Counted from the stretch's first letter, positions 10,622-20,285 are shown. The stretch: 64,000 bases of DNA from Pelagimonas sp. (GCA_025210345.1 JAOARX010000013.1:143135-207134); one strand, 5' to 3'. A program made the numbers and translations. Notes: a model not told the origin generated them from the sequence alone.

Positions 10622-11044
10622 ATGGCCCTTGAGCGCACTTTCTCGATCATCAAGCCCGATGCAACCCGCCGCAACCTGACCGGCAAGATCAACGCCAAGT
10701 TCGAAGACGCTGGCCTGCGCATCGTTGCACAAAAGCGCATCCACCTGACCAAGGCACAGGCAGGTGAGTTCTATGCCGTGCACAAAGAGCGCCCCTTCTA
10801 CGACGAACTGTGCGAATTCATGGCGTCGGCGCCGATCGTCGCCCAGGTTCTGGAAGGCGAAGGTGCGATCGCGAAAAACCGCGAAGTCATGGGCGCAACC
10901 AACCCGGCAGACGCAGCCGAAGGCACCATCCGCGCGGAATTCGCGGAATCGGTTGGCGAGAACTCGGTTCACGGTTCCGACGCCCCGGAAACCGCAGCGG
11001 TTGAAATCGCTTACTTCTTCTCGGGTCTTGAGCTGGTCGGCTAA
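10622..11044 (+). CDS. ndk: Nucleoside diphosphate kinase
   Basis: 140 aa. [14 protein letters not shown]...NSVHGSD active-site His motif. Confidence 0.95.
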   Translation: MALERTFSIIKPDATRRNLTGKINAKFEDAGLRIVAQKRIHLTKAQAGEFYAVHKERPFYDELCEFMASAPIVAQVLEGEGAIAKNREVMGATNPADAAEGTIRAEFAESVGENSVHGSDAPETAAVEIAYFFSGLELVG

Positions 11045-11070
11045 GCCCCGCTTGTGATCAGAATTCAGAA

Positions 11071-11110
11071 GGGCCGTTCCCGCTGGGGGCGGCCCTTTTG
11101 CTTTTGGTTT
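11071..11110. terminator. Rho-independent terminator between ndk and the convergent TfoX-C gene
   Basis: GGGCCG...CGGCCC stem followed by TTTTGCTTTTGGTTT. Confidence 0.55.
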
Positions 11111-11126
11111 GTGTGCGGGGGACCTG

Positions 11127-11486
11127 TTATTTGCCCGGCTTGGCCCGTGGTTTCGCCTGCGGTTTGGGCACAACACCAATTTCATCCAGAGCCTTCTCCA
11201 ACCCCGATAGCGGTTCCGGCGTGGTTTCGGCCTTGAGGGCATCAAAACTCTCGCGAAGTGCGTCTTTTTCAGTGCCTTTGCAGTCATTCCATGGCCGCCC
11301 CTGAAGCGCCATGTGCAGGACATAGTAGCCGATGAAATGTGGGCGTGTGCCGTGGGTTAACAGCCGTCGATAGGCTTCGTGAGCCCCGAGGGCGCGCAGG
11401 GTTTCCGCATCGGGCACCCCGGCCTTGATCAGCTCGGATTCAATCGCCGGACCAAGATTGCGGATCGTGGAAATGGCTGTGCCCAC
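11127..11486 (-). CDS. TfoX/Sxy C-terminal-domain protein
   Basis: 119 aa. GTG start. Matches the TfoX_C fold pattern (NLGPAIESEL...GYYVLHMALQGRPW). Confidence 0.55.
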   Translation of the reverse strand: MGTAISTIRNLGPAIESELIKAGVPDAETLRALGAHEAYRRLLTHGTRPHFIGYYVLHMALQGRPWNDCKGTEKDALRESFDALKAETTPEPLSGLEKALDEIGVVPKPQAKPRAKPGK

Positions 11487-11495
11487 GGGACCGGA

Positions 11496-12692
11496 TCACG
11501 CAACGGCGTGTTGATCGGCGAGGGCTTTGGCAAAACTGCAAATGGTGCGCAACGCGTCAGCAAGCCGGTCATCCGCGACAGTCAGCGCGACACGCAGATG
11601 CCCTGCGGCTGAATCGCCAAAGCTTTCACCCGGCATCACCGCGATTTTATGGGTTTCAAGCAGCGCTTCGGCAAAGGCGCGCCCCGACAGGCCTGTGGCG
11701 CGGATATTGAGCATCAGGTACATGGCACCGCTGGGGGGAACCGCCTGGATGGTGTCTTGTTCCGCCAAGACCGACAAGGCCAAGTCGCGGCGTCTTTGGA
11801 AAGGTGCCGCGATTTCCGGTTCAAGCCTTTCGGCGTTCTCAAGCGCGAATACGGCCGCATCCTGAATAAAGCCGGGCACCCCATAAGTGGTTGAGGTGGC
11901 CAGGGCAATCAGGCCTTCGATCAAGGGTTCGGGGGCCACGATCCAGCCGATCCGCGATCCGGTCATGGCAAAGCTTTTGGACATGGACCCGATGACGATG
12001 GTGCGCTCTTGCATCCCCGCAAGCGCCCGGGGAGAGATATGTTCCCCGGCCCAGATCTGGGTGTCGTAGACCTCATCCGAGATGAGCCACATATCGTGGT
12101 CCTGACAGGCTTGGGCGATCTCTTGCAGGGTCTCTTTGGGATAGACCATGCCGGTGGGGTTGTTGGGCGAATTGATCAGCAGGCTTTTGGCGTTATGGGT
12201 TTGCGCGGCCGCGCGGATGGTTTCGTGGGACGGCAAAAACGCATCACGCGCCCGCGTTGGGATCGACACGGGAATGGCAGAGGCCGCACGCAGTGTTCCG
12301 GGGTAGGTCGCGTAATAGGGATCAACGTAGAGCGCCGTATCCCCGGGCGCGAGCGCAGCCATATGCGCGGCGAACAGGCCCGCCTGTCCACCCGGTGTGA
12401 TCATGACATTTTCCGGGCGCGTGGGGACGCCGGTTTGTCGTGTGACACGATCGGCCACGATCTGGCGCAGGCGATCGACCCCCGGCACCATCGCATAGCC
12501 CGTGTGCCCCGCTATTGCCGATTTGTGCATCGCGTCAAGAATGTCAGAATGGGTGCGAATGTCGTGCTCACCAATTGTGAGTTCCGTCACATCAACACCG
12601 CGGGCCACCATCTCGCGGGCCTTGAGAAAGACCTCCCATCCGTCAGAGCCACCACCGTTCAGGTTCAGAATTCGAGATGAGATTTGCGCCAT
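11496..12692 (-). CDS. PLP-dependent aminotransferase, class I (aspartate/aromatic family)
   Basis: 398 aa. SMSKSFAMTGSRIGW lysine motif, NSPNNPTG. Confidence 0.85.
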   Translation of the reverse strand: MAQISSRILNLNGGGSDGWEVFLKAREMVARGVDVTELTIGEHDIRTHSDILDAMHKSAIAGHTGYAMVPGVDRLRQIVADRVTRQTGVPTRPENVMITPGGQAGLFAAHMAALAPGDTALYVDPYYATYPGTLRAASAIPVSIPTRARDAFLPSHETIRAAAQTHNAKSLLINSPNNPTGMVYPKETLQEIAQACQDHDMWLISDEVYDTQIWAGEHISPRALAGMQERTIVIGSMSKSFAMTGSRIGWIVAPEPLIEGLIALATSTTYGVPGFIQDAAVFALENAERLEPEIAAPFQRRRDLALSVLAEQDTIQAVPPSGAMYLMLNIRATGLSGRAFAEALLETHKIAVMPGESFGDSAAGHLRVALTVADDRLADALRTICSFAKALADQHAVA

Positions 12693-12965
12693 TTAAGATC
12701 CTTTCCCCGCCAGTGTTGCCTTAGGAAAGAGCGCGGGGCAAGGGGGATTGAAAGGTTTTTCTGACTTGGGGTGCTTTGTCTGGTTCAAAGGTATTCGTAA
12801 ATAAAGTCAAAGGGTTGAGGTCGGTGGTGGATTTGACGGGCCAGAGGTCTTGGCCTATTCTTCCCCCATGCTGGACGAGGTGCGCAGCTTGGCCACAGAG
12901 GTTTGTGGTCAATGTGCGTGCTGGCCCAAGGAGGGGTGACCTTACAGGCAAGAAAGGTGTCGAGC

Positions 12966-13328
12966 ATGAGTAATGTAGAAAAAGAACAGGTGTTGATTAC
13001 GGCACAATGCGAAGCAGACCGTCTGACAGAGCAACGAGAAGAGATTGCGCAGACATTGGCGGAACTGGTGGCAGATATCCGCACCATCCAGAAGGATTTG
13101 AGACAAGGGGAAGTCGATCGCAAAAGCGAGACCGGCAAGTTGCTGGGAGAGCTGAGGTATTGGCTGCGTGCAGCCCGTGAAACGGAGGCTGAACTTGAAA
13201 TTATCAGACGAAAAGAGGCAGGGATTGGTGACGCCTACGGGATCGATCTCAGAGCCGCAGAGCTTGCGGTCAGGTGCCGCCTGGATAGCCTCCGCGCCTG
13301 CTGCGACACAGGAAGAATTCCTGAATGA
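12966..13328 (+). CDS. GTA g1-like small protein (putative small terminase/DNA-packaging factor)
   Basis: About 120 aa beginning MSNVEKEQ. First gene of the head-tail cluster directly upstream of the large terminase. The six-frame ORF begins earlier at 12903. Confidence 0.55.
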   Translation: MSNVEKEQVLITAQCEADRLTEQREEIAQTLAELVADIRTIQKDLRQGEVDRKSETGKLLGELRYWLRAARETEAELEIIRRKEAGIGDAYGIDLRAAELAVRCRLDSLRACCDTGRIPE

Positions 13329-13347
13329 CCTTGATGAGGGAGCGCTG

Positions 13348-14604
13348 ATGGCGCTCCCCTATTTGTTCGATTTCTGGGCGCATGAGCATCAGATCGCCCC
13401 CGGGGGGGACTGGCGTTCCTGGGTGATCCTGGGGGGGCGTGGCGCAGGCAAAACCCGCGCGGGCGCCGAATGGGTGCGCCAGATGGTCGAAGGTCCCAAG
13501 CCTCTGGATGCGGGGCGGTGCAAACGGATGGCGCTGATTGGGGAAACGTTTGATCAGGCGCGCGAGGTGATGATCTTTGGGGACAGCGGGATTTTGGCCT
13601 GTTCCCCCAAGGACCGCAGTCCCAGCTGGGTATCGACACGGCGCTGTCTGGTTTGGCCCAACGGGGCCGAAGCGATGGTGTTCTCGGCCCATGATCCCGA
13701 AGCCCTGCGCGGGCCGCAGTTTGATGGCGCTTGGGTGGATGAACTGGCCAAGTGGAAGCGCGCGCAGGACGCTTGGGATATGCTTCAATTTGGACTGCGC
13801 CTGGGGGATAGCCCGCGCGTCTGTGTGACCACGACACCGCGCAATGTTGCTGTGCTGAAAGATTTGCTTGATGCGCCTTCGACCGTGCTGACCCGTGCCC
13901 CCACCGAGGCGAACCGGGCACATCTGGCCAAGTCGTTTCTGGATGAGGTGCGCGCACGCTATGCCAATTCGGCACTTGGACAGCAAGAGCTGGACGGGAT
14001 CTTGCTGGATGAGGTCGACGGTTCGTTGTGGTCGCGTGAGATGCTGGATGGGGTGCGTTCAGGTCGGGTGCCGGAGCTTTCGCGGATCGTCGTGGCCGTA
14101 GATCCGCCCGCGGGGGAAGGAAAGGCATCGGATGAATGTGGCATTGTCGTCGCAGGCGCCGTGCTTGACGGGGCGCCTTCGGATTGGCGGGCCTTTGTGC
14201 TGGAGGACGCCACCGTTCAGGGGCTTTCGCCGCTTGGGTGGGCCAATGCCGTCGATGCGGCGGTGCAGCGATGGGGTGCGGACCGGGTCGTGGTCGAAGT
14301 GAACCAGGGGGGCGCGATGGTCGAAAGCGTCTTGCGGCAGGCCAATGCGTTGATGCCGGTGCGCAACGTCCACGCCACACGCGGAAAAATCGCCAGGGCC
14401 GAGCCGGTGTCGGCCCTGTATGAACAGGGGCGCGTAACCCATGGCCAAGGCCTACGCGAGCTCGAAGCACAGATGTGCCTGATGACGCATCGTGGTTTCG
14501 AGGGCGCCGGCAGTCCTGATCGCGTGGACGCATTGGTTTGGGCGCTGACAGATCTGATGCTGGATTGGACCCCCTCCGCCCGACCGGGCGTGCGCAGTTT
14601 ATAG
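13348..14604 (+). CDS. GTA terminase large subunit (g2)
   Basis: MALPYLFDFWAHEHQ...GGRGAGKTRAGAEW Walker A plus C-terminal nuclease region. Typical RcGTA-type terminase N-terminus. Confidence 0.85.
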   Translation: MALPYLFDFWAHEHQIAPGGDWRSWVILGGRGAGKTRAGAEWVRQMVEGPKPLDAGRCKRMALIGETFDQAREVMIFGDSGILACSPKDRSPSWVSTRRCLVWPNGAEAMVFSAHDPEALRGPQFDGAWVDELAKWKRAQDAWDMLQFGLRLGDSPRVCVTTTPRNVAVLKDLLDAPSTVLTRAPTEANRAHLAKSFLDEVRARYANSALGQQELDGILLDEVDGSLWSREMLDGVRSGRVPELSRIVVAVDPPAGEGKASDECGIVVAGAVLDGAPSDWRAFVLEDATVQGLSPLGWANAVDAAVQRWGADRVVVEVNQGGAMVESVLRQANALMPVRNVHATRGKIARAEPVSALYEQGRVTHGQGLRELEAQMCLMTHRGFEGAGSPDRVDALVWALTDLMLDWTPSARPGVRSL

Positions 14605-14629
14605 AGGGGGATCACACGAATGACCAAAA

Positions 14630-14655
14630 GGGTCTGCCAAGTGCAGGCCCTTTTT
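14630..14655 (+). terminator. Terminator-like hairpin with T-run 26 bp after the terminase stop, inside the GTA operon
   Basis: GGGTCTGCCAAGTGCAGGCCC stem-loop followed by TTTTT, then an AT-rich stretch. May act as attenuator or internal terminator. Confidence 0.35.
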
Positions 14656-14829
14656 GTTTGGAACAGCTGTCTGTTTTTAATGTTGTTTGTCAATTGTTTG
14701 GGCGTTGCGGCAACAGCGTGCGCTGCTGTCAACGCTCATAAACCCTGGAAGGTTAGGTTCATTTTCAACGGCGGAATGACCCGCCCCTGACGCGGCGCGA
14801 GCCGCCTGCGAGGAAAAGGAGCGAGACGC

Positions 14830-16032
14830 ATGGTATTGGATTTCTTCCGGCGCGGTGGTGGATCAGACGCAACCCCGACCGGGGCACCCGAGGCTAAGGC
14901 TTCGGCCACGGGTCGCGTGGTGGCGCATATGAGCGCGGGACGCGTGGCCTGGACGCCCCGCGACACGGTTTCGCTGACCAAGCAGGCGTTTTCCGGCAAT
15001 CCGGTTGGATTTCGCGCGGTCAAGCTGATCGCGGAAGCCGCAGCTGCCCTGCCATTGGTCTTGCAGGATGCGGATACGCGCTATGCGGATCATCCGATCC
15101 TCAAGCTGATCACAGCGCCCAACCCGGCGCAGGGCCGCGCTGAATTGTTCGAGGCGCTCTATGGCCAGATCCTGTTGTCTGGCGATGGCTACGTCGAGGC
15201 GGTCGCCGGTGAGGGGGGATTGCCGTTTGAGTTGCACGTTTTGCGCTCGGATCGGATGCGTGTGCTGCCGGGGGCGGATGGCTGGCCCGTGGCTTATGAA
15301 TACGCCGTCGGCAACCGCAAACATCGTTTCAATGTGACCGGGCCGGTTTCGCCCATTTGTCACGTCAAGGCATTCCATCCACTGGATGACCACTACGGCC
15401 TGTCCCCCTTGCAGGCGGCAGCCCAGGCGGTGGATGTACATAATTCGGCCAGCCGCTGGTCGAAGGGGCTATTGGACAATGCCGCCCGACCCTCTGGGGC
15501 GATTGTCTATCAGGGTGCCGAAGGGCACGGCCACCTGAGCCCCGAACAATACGACCGCCTCGTCTCCGAGATGGAGGCCCACCATCAAGGCGCCCGCAAC
15601 GCGGGTCGGCCGATGCTGCTGGAAGGCGGTCTGGATTGGAAACCGATGGGGTTTTCCCCCAGCGATATGGAGTTCCAAAAAACCAAAGAGGCCGCCGCGC
15701 GCGAAATTGCCGTTGCCTTTGGCGTGCCGCCGATGCTGTTGGGCATCCCCGGCGAGGCGACCTATTCCAACTACGCCGAAGCGCACCGGGCGTTTTATCG
15801 CCAGACGGTGCTGCCGCTGGCGTCGAAAGTGTCCACCAGTGTCGGGCGATGGCTGTCGCAGTTTGTCGGGGAACAGGTCGCTTTGAAACCCGATCTGGAT
15901 CAGGTTCCCGCGCTTGCGACGGAACGCGATGCACAGTGGAACCGCGTGGCAGGGGCCGATTTCCTGACCCAGGCGGAAAAGCGTCAGATGCTGGGCCTGC
16001 CGGCTTTGCCAGAGGATTCGTTGGATGAGTGA
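14830..16032 (+). CDS. GTA portal protein (g3), HK97-family portal
   Basis: 400 aa, AAGGAG RBS. Portal-like central region (LLSGDGYVEAV..., NSASRWSKGLLDNAARPSGA...). Confidence 0.9.
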   Translation: MVLDFFRRGGGSDATPTGAPEAKASATGRVVAHMSAGRVAWTPRDTVSLTKQAFSGNPVGFRAVKLIAEAAAALPLVLQDADTRYADHPILKLITAPNPAQGRAELFEALYGQILLSGDGYVEAVAGEGGLPFELHVLRSDRMRVLPGADGWPVAYEYAVGNRKHRFNVTGPVSPICHVKAFHPLDDHYGLSPLQAAAQAVDVHNSASRWSKGLLDNAARPSGAIVYQGAEGHGHLSPEQYDRLVSEMEAHHQGARNAGRPMLLEGGLDWKPMGFSPSDMEFQKTKEAAAREIAVAFGVPPMLLGIPGEATYSNYAEAHRAFYRQTVLPLASKVSTSVGRWLSQFVGEQVALKPDLDQVPALATERDAQWNRVAGADFLTQAEKRQMLGLPALPEDSLDE

Positions 16033-16252
16033 GATGCGCCATAAGGCCGAAGCCTTCGCCTGCGCGCCCGCGCTGCGCCTTGAGGCCCATGAGCGGGTAA
16101 GCAAGCTGCATTACGACCAGTTCAACGAAAAGCTGGTGCGCATGGAGATGCTGATGGAACGCTTGGAAAAACGTTTGTGGTTAACCGTTTACGGAGTGGC
16201 GGGCGTCATTCTTGCCGAAGCATTTCAAAGCCTGATGAAAGCCGCGCCCTAA
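16025..16252 (+). CDS. GTA g3.5-like small protein
   Basis: 75-aa ORF overlapping the portal stop. Positional equivalent of RcGTA g3.5 between portal and protease. Confidence 0.55.
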   Translation: MSEMRHKAEAFACAPALRLEAHERVSKLHYDQFNEKLVRMEMLMERLEKRLWLTVYGVAGVILAEAFQSLMKAAP

Positions 16253-16274
16253 GCGCGTGAAGAAAGGACGAAAC

Positions 16275-16817
16275 ATGGATCTGGAACATAAATTCTGCCG
16301 TTTCGATGCCGAGGTCACTGTGGCCGAAGGGTCAAAGATCGAAGGTTACGCCAGCCTGTTCGGCGCCTGTGATCAGGGTGGCGACGTGGTGGCCAAAGGG
16401 GCCTATGCCCGTTCGCTGAAATCACTGAATGCGGATGGTCGCGCGGTTAAAATGCTGTGGCAGCACGATCCGGCCCAACCGATCGGGATCTGGGACGAGG
16501 TGTGCGAAGACGCAAAGGGCCTGTATGTGAAAGGCCGCTTGCTGGACAGCGTGGAAAAGGGCCGAGAAGCCGCCGCACTGATCGAAGCGGGCGCGATTGA
16601 CGGATTGTCGATCGGCTATCGCACGGTGAAAGCCGCAAAGAATGACAAGGGCCAGCGGCTCTTGAAGGAACTGGAGCTTTGGGAAGTGTCCTTGGTGACT
16701 TTCCCGATGCTTCCCAGTGCGCGTGTCGCCGCCAAGGGGGAGAGCCCCGAGGAAGACGGCATGCGTGAATTGGCGGAGGCCCTTGAGGGCATGCGCCGTA
16801 ACCTGGCGGGCGGCTGA
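16275..16817 (+). CDS. GTA prohead protease (g4), HK97 family
   Basis: MDLEHKFCRFDAEV...KMLWQHD. AAGGAC RBS before the ATG at 16275. The six-frame ORF begins at 16257. Confidence 0.85.
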   Translation: MDLEHKFCRFDAEVTVAEGSKIEGYASLFGACDQGGDVVAKGAYARSLKSLNADGRAVKMLWQHDPAQPIGIWDEVCEDAKGLYVKGRLLDSVEKGREAAALIEAGAIDGLSIGYRTVKAAKNDKGQRLLKELELWEVSLVTFPMLPSARVAAKGESPEEDGMRELAEALEGMRRNLAGG

Positions 16818-16838
16818 CGCGCGCCACTCATAGGGGAA

Positions 16839-18023
16839 ATGTCCATGAGCACAACCGAGACCACGTCTCGGACCGGGGAAGATATGCCTCCGGTCGCCCG
16901 GGTGAGTGCCGCAATGGCGGGACTGATCGGGGACTTCAAGGCCTTGCAGGCCGACCTTCAACAGAAGCTGAACAAACAGGAAGAGCGACTGACTATGCTT
17001 GATCACAAATCTGCCCTCGCGGTGCGCCCCGCACTGTCGACCCACGCCGAGGTCGATGCACCGCACCAAAAGGCGTTTGATGCCTATTTGCGTTCCGGCG
17101 ACGATGATGCGCTGCGCGGTCTGGAAATCGAAGGCAAGGGTATGACCACTGCCGTGAATTCGGATGGTGGCTATCTGGTGGATCCGCAGACCTCGGACAG
17201 CATCCGCGGCCGTCTGGAAGCCAGCGCGTCCGTCCGTGCGATTTCGAATGTCGTCAATGTCGAGGCACAGGCCTTTGATGTCCTGATCGACCAGAACGAT
17301 ACCGTCGCGGGTTGGGCGGCGGAAACCGCTTCGGCGGCAGAGACCGGCACGGCCTCGATCGACCGTATCTCGATCCCGCTTTACGAGCTGAACGCAATGC
17401 CCAAAGTGTCTCAGCGCCTGCTGGACGACAGCGCGTTTGATATCGAAACCTGGCTGGCGACCCGTATCGCTGACAAGTTCATCCGCGCAGAGGCAGCGGC
17501 CTTTGTGAACGGTGACGGTGTCGACAAGCCCCGTGGCTTCCTGAACCACACCCAAGTGGCGGATGACAGCTGGTCCTGGGGCAATCTGGGCTATGTGACC
17601 ACCGGTGTTGCCGATGACATCGACAACGGCGACTCGCTGATCGACCTGGTCTATACCCTGGGTGCGCAGTACCGCGCCAATGGCACCTTTGTGATGAACT
17701 CGAAAACGGCGGGCGCATTGCGCAAGTTGAAGGATGCGGATGGTCGTCACCTGTGGGCCGATGGTTTCTCGGCAACTGAACCCGCGCGCCTGCTGGGCTA
17801 TCCTGTTCTGACCGCAGAAGACATGCCCGACATTGATGCGGATGCGACCCCGATCGCCTTTGGTGATTTCTCGAACGGGTACACCATCGCCGAGCGTCCG
17901 GACATCCGTGTTCTGCGCGACCCCTTCAGCGCCAAACCCCACGTTCTGTTCTATGCGTCCAAACGCGTGGGCGGTGACGTGAGCGATTTTGCGGCCATCA
18001 AGCTGCTGCGCTGCGCGGTCTAA
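16839..18023 (+). CDS. GTA major capsid protein (g5), HK97 fold
   Basis: 394 aa. N-terminal scaffold-like delta domain with a coiled coil, then an HK97-type capsid body. Confidence 0.9.
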   Translation: MSMSTTETTSRTGEDMPPVARVSAAMAGLIGDFKALQADLQQKLNKQEERLTMLDHKSALAVRPALSTHAEVDAPHQKAFDAYLRSGDDDALRGLEIEGKGMTTAVNSDGGYLVDPQTSDSIRGRLEASASVRAISNVVNVEAQAFDVLIDQNDTVAGWAAETASAAETGTASIDRISIPLYELNAMPKVSQRLLDDSAFDIETWLATRIADKFIRAEAAAFVNGDGVDKPRGFLNHTQVADDSWSWGNLGYVTTGVADDIDNGDSLIDLVYTLGAQYRANGTFVMNSKTAGALRKLKDADGRHLWADGFSATEPARLLGYPVLTAEDMPDIDADATPIAFGDFSNGYTIAERPDIRVLRDPFSAKPHVLFYASKRVGGDVSDFAAIKLLRCAV

Positions 18024-18175
18024 ACGCTGCCAGAGATGAAGGGTGGGGGCATCTCCACTCTTCCCAGGGCGCGCGCAGGCTCGTTGTCCAGCTGTCCCCT
18101 CCGCCAAAGGCAGCGTAGGCGGCGCGCGTCCGCCAGATCGCTGGGGATGTTGGTTCAGGATTTCGGAGAAGAAAC

Positions 18176-18769
18176 ATGATGTTGGTGGAAGAAACACAGG
18201 TGCCCGAGGCGGCCCTTCCGGTGGCGGAGCTGAAACAGCATCTGCGTTTGGGGAGCGGGTTTGCAGAAGATGACGTGCAGGATCCGGTTCTGAAGTCTTT
18301 TCTGCGCGCAGCATATGCCGCAATCGAGGCGCGCACCGGCAAAGCGCTGATCCAACGCAGCTTTGTCGCAACTCTGGACGGGTGGCGCGAGATCACCGGT
18401 CAGGTGCTGCCGGTCTCTCCGGTGCAATCGATCACGGATATTTCGATTGTGGATCAATTGGGTATCGGTGCAGAGCTGGCAAGTTCGAGCTATCGGTTGA
18501 AACAGGACATGTTCCAGCCCGAGGTCAAGCCGATCGGTGGTTGCCTTCCTGGTGTTCCAAGTGGCGGCAGCGTCGAGATCCGTTTCCAGGCGGGCTATGG
18601 CCCGGCGTTTGATGACATCCCGGCAGATCTGCGCCAGGCGGTGCTGTTGCTGGCGTCGCACTACTATGAATACCGCGATGAAACCGCGTTGGGTCAGGGC
18701 TGTATGCCCTTTGGCGTGACCAGCCTGATCGCGCGTTATCGTCCCGTCCGCCTGGGGCTGGGCGCATGA
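18176..18769 (+). CDS. GTA head-tail adaptor (g6), gp6-like
   Basis: 197 aa in the conserved position after the capsid gene. RBS GGAGAAG. Confidence 0.75.
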   Translation: MMLVEETQVPEAALPVAELKQHLRLGSGFAEDDVQDPVLKSFLRAAYAAIEARTGKALIQRSFVATLDGWREITGQVLPVSPVQSITDISIVDQLGIGAELASSSYRLKQDMFQPEVKPIGGCLPGVPSGGSVEIRFQAGYGPAFDDIPADLRQAVLLLASHYYEYRDETALGQGCMPFGVTSLIARYRPVRLGLGA

Positions 18770-19104
18770 GCGCCCCGCGTTTGAACCGCCCCCTGACCCT
18801 GGAAGCACCGACGCGCTCAGCTGATGGCGCGGGTGGCTATGCCGAGACATGGACCGAACTGGGCGTTTTGTGGGCCGAACTTGATGAGCGGACGGGGCGA
18901 CTGGACAAGGGCGAAGGCGCGACCTTCTCCGACATTGCCTTTCGCATCACGGTGCGCGCCGCCCCGGTCGGGGCTTCGAACCGCCCTGTTGCCGGTCAGC
19001 GTTTTCGCATGAACGCGAGGCTGTTTCGCATCGATGCAGTCAGTGAAACCGGTGCAAACGGGTTCTTCCTGATCTGCTCCTGTCACGAGGAGGTCGCGGT
19101 ATGA
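18766..19104 (+). CDS. GTA head closure/stopper protein (g7)
   Basis: 112 aa. ATGA overlap with g6. Head-tail joining family. Confidence 0.75.
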   Translation: MSAPRLNRPLTLEAPTRSADGAGGYAETWTELGVLWAELDERTGRLDKGEGATFSDIAFRITVRAAPVGASNRPVAGQRFRMNARLFRIDAVSETGANGFFLICSCHEEVAV

Positions 19105-19508
19105 GCTATGCGGTTTCAAGCGCTTTGCAGGCGGCGATCTATGCGCAACTGCAAGCGGATGGTGCGCTTTCCCTATTGGTGGGTGACAGCATCTTTGATG
19201 CACCACCTGTCGGCACCTTGCCCCCATTGTACGTGTCGCTGGGCCCCGAGGCGGTCCGCGAGGCCGGAACCGGCGGGTGCGATGGCGCCTGGCACAGTTT
19301 CACAGTTTCGGTCGTGACAGAAAATGCCGGTTTCCAGACCGCAAAAGACGCGGCCGTTGCCGTGAGTGATGCCTTGCATGATGCGGATCTGACGCTGAGC
19401 CGGGGGCATCTTGTCGGGCTGTGGTTTTCCAAGGCCCGGGCCTATCGCGAAACAGACGATTTGCGCCGTGTCGACCTGACATTCCGCGCACGCGTTGAAG
19501 ACGAATAA
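19101..19508 (+). CDS. GTA tail terminator (g8), DUF3168-like
   Basis: 135 aa. ATGA overlap with g7. Confidence 0.7.
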   Translation: MSYAVSSALQAAIYAQLQADGALSLLVGDSIFDAPPVGTLPPLYVSLGPEAVREAGTGGCDGAWHSFTVSVVTENAGFQTAKDAAVAVSDALHDADLTLSRGHLVGLWFSKARAYRETDDLRRVDLTFRARVEDE

Positions 19509-19530
19509 CCTATTCCAAAGGAGTGAGATC

Positions 19531-19953
19531 ATGAGTGCTCAAAAAGGTAAGGATCTGTTGGTCAAGATTGATTTGACCGGGGACGGCCAGTTCGAAACGC
19601 TTGCCGGGCTGCGGGCAACGCGCATCAGTTTCAACGCTGAACAGGTCGATGTGACCACGCTGGACAGCGCGGGTGGTTGGCGAGAGTTGCTGGCAGGTGC
19701 CGGTGTCAAATCGGCCAGCATCAGCGGTTCGGGCGTGTTCAAGGATGCGGGAACCGATGAACGGGCCCGTCAGATCTTCTTTGACGGAGAAACCCCTGAT
19801 TTCCAGGTGATCATCCCCGAGTTCGGCACGGTCGAGGGCCGCTTTCAGGTGGGCAGCATTGAATATGCGGGCACCTATAATGGCGAAGCGACCTATGAGC
19901 TGTCGCTGGCGTCAGCGGGCGAGCTGACCTTTATCGCTGTGCCGGTAGTCTGA
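19531..19953 (+). CDS. GTA major tail (tube) protein (g9), TP901-1 type
   Basis: MSAQKGKDLLVKIDLTGDG... with AAAGGAG RBS. 140 aa. Confidence 0.8.
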   Translation: MSAQKGKDLLVKIDLTGDGQFETLAGLRATRISFNAEQVDVTTLDSAGGWRELLAGAGVKSASISGSGVFKDAGTDERARQIFFDGETPDFQVIIPEFGTVEGRFQVGSIEYAGTYNGEATYELSLASAGELTFIAVPVV

Positions 19954-20285
19954 TGGGCAATCCTTGGCGGGGGGATGTGACGCTGATCATGAATGATGAG
20001 CGCCATGTAATGCGCCTGACCTTGGGCGCATTGGCAGAATTGGAAGCAGGGCTGCAAAGTGGCTCGCTTGTGGATCTGGTTCAGCGTTTCGAGGGGGGAG
20101 CATTTTCCACTCGGGATGTTCTGTCCCTGATCGTCGCGGGTCTTCGCGGCGGCGGCTGGCAAGGGGATGCCCGCGATCTGATGCACGCGGACATCGAAGG
20201 CGGACCAGTCGCCGCAGCCAGGGCCGCAGCGGCGCTGCTGGTCCGCGCCTTCGCGGTGCCCGAGGGCGATCATGGCGACGCGTGA
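19953..20285 (+). CDS. GTA tail assembly chaperone (g10)
   Basis: 110 aa. ATGA overlap with g9. GTA-family protein N-terminus MGNPWRGDVTLIMNDERHVMRLTLGALAELE. Confidence 0.7.
   Translation: MGNPWRGDVTLIMNDERHVMRLTLGALAELEAGLQSGSLVDLVQRFEGGAFSTRDVLSLIVAGLRGGGWQGDARDLMHADIEGGPVAAARAAAALLVRAFAVPEGDHGDA

Noticed and set aside
10100-11323. 407-aa minus-strand ORF spanning the ABC-F start, the ndk gene and the terminator
   Set aside because: Crosses a divergent promoter region and a terminator. Antisense to ndk, and it runs across the terminator and partly overlaps the TfoX-C gene. Arg-rich artefact.
13235-14533. 432-aa minus-strand ORF
   Set aside because: Antisense to the GTA terminase. Pro/Arg/Ala-rich low-complexity translation with no recognisable domains.
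14605-14829. Possible small protein gene in the terminase-portal spacer
   Set aside because: No ORF of useful length has an RBS there. The hairpin and AT-rich tract look regulatory rather than coding.
16422-18371. 649-aa minus-strand ORF
   Set aside because: Antisense to the prohead protease and major capsid genes. The translation is Arg/Gly/Ala-rich low-complexity with no recognisable domains, typical for a high-GC shadow frame.
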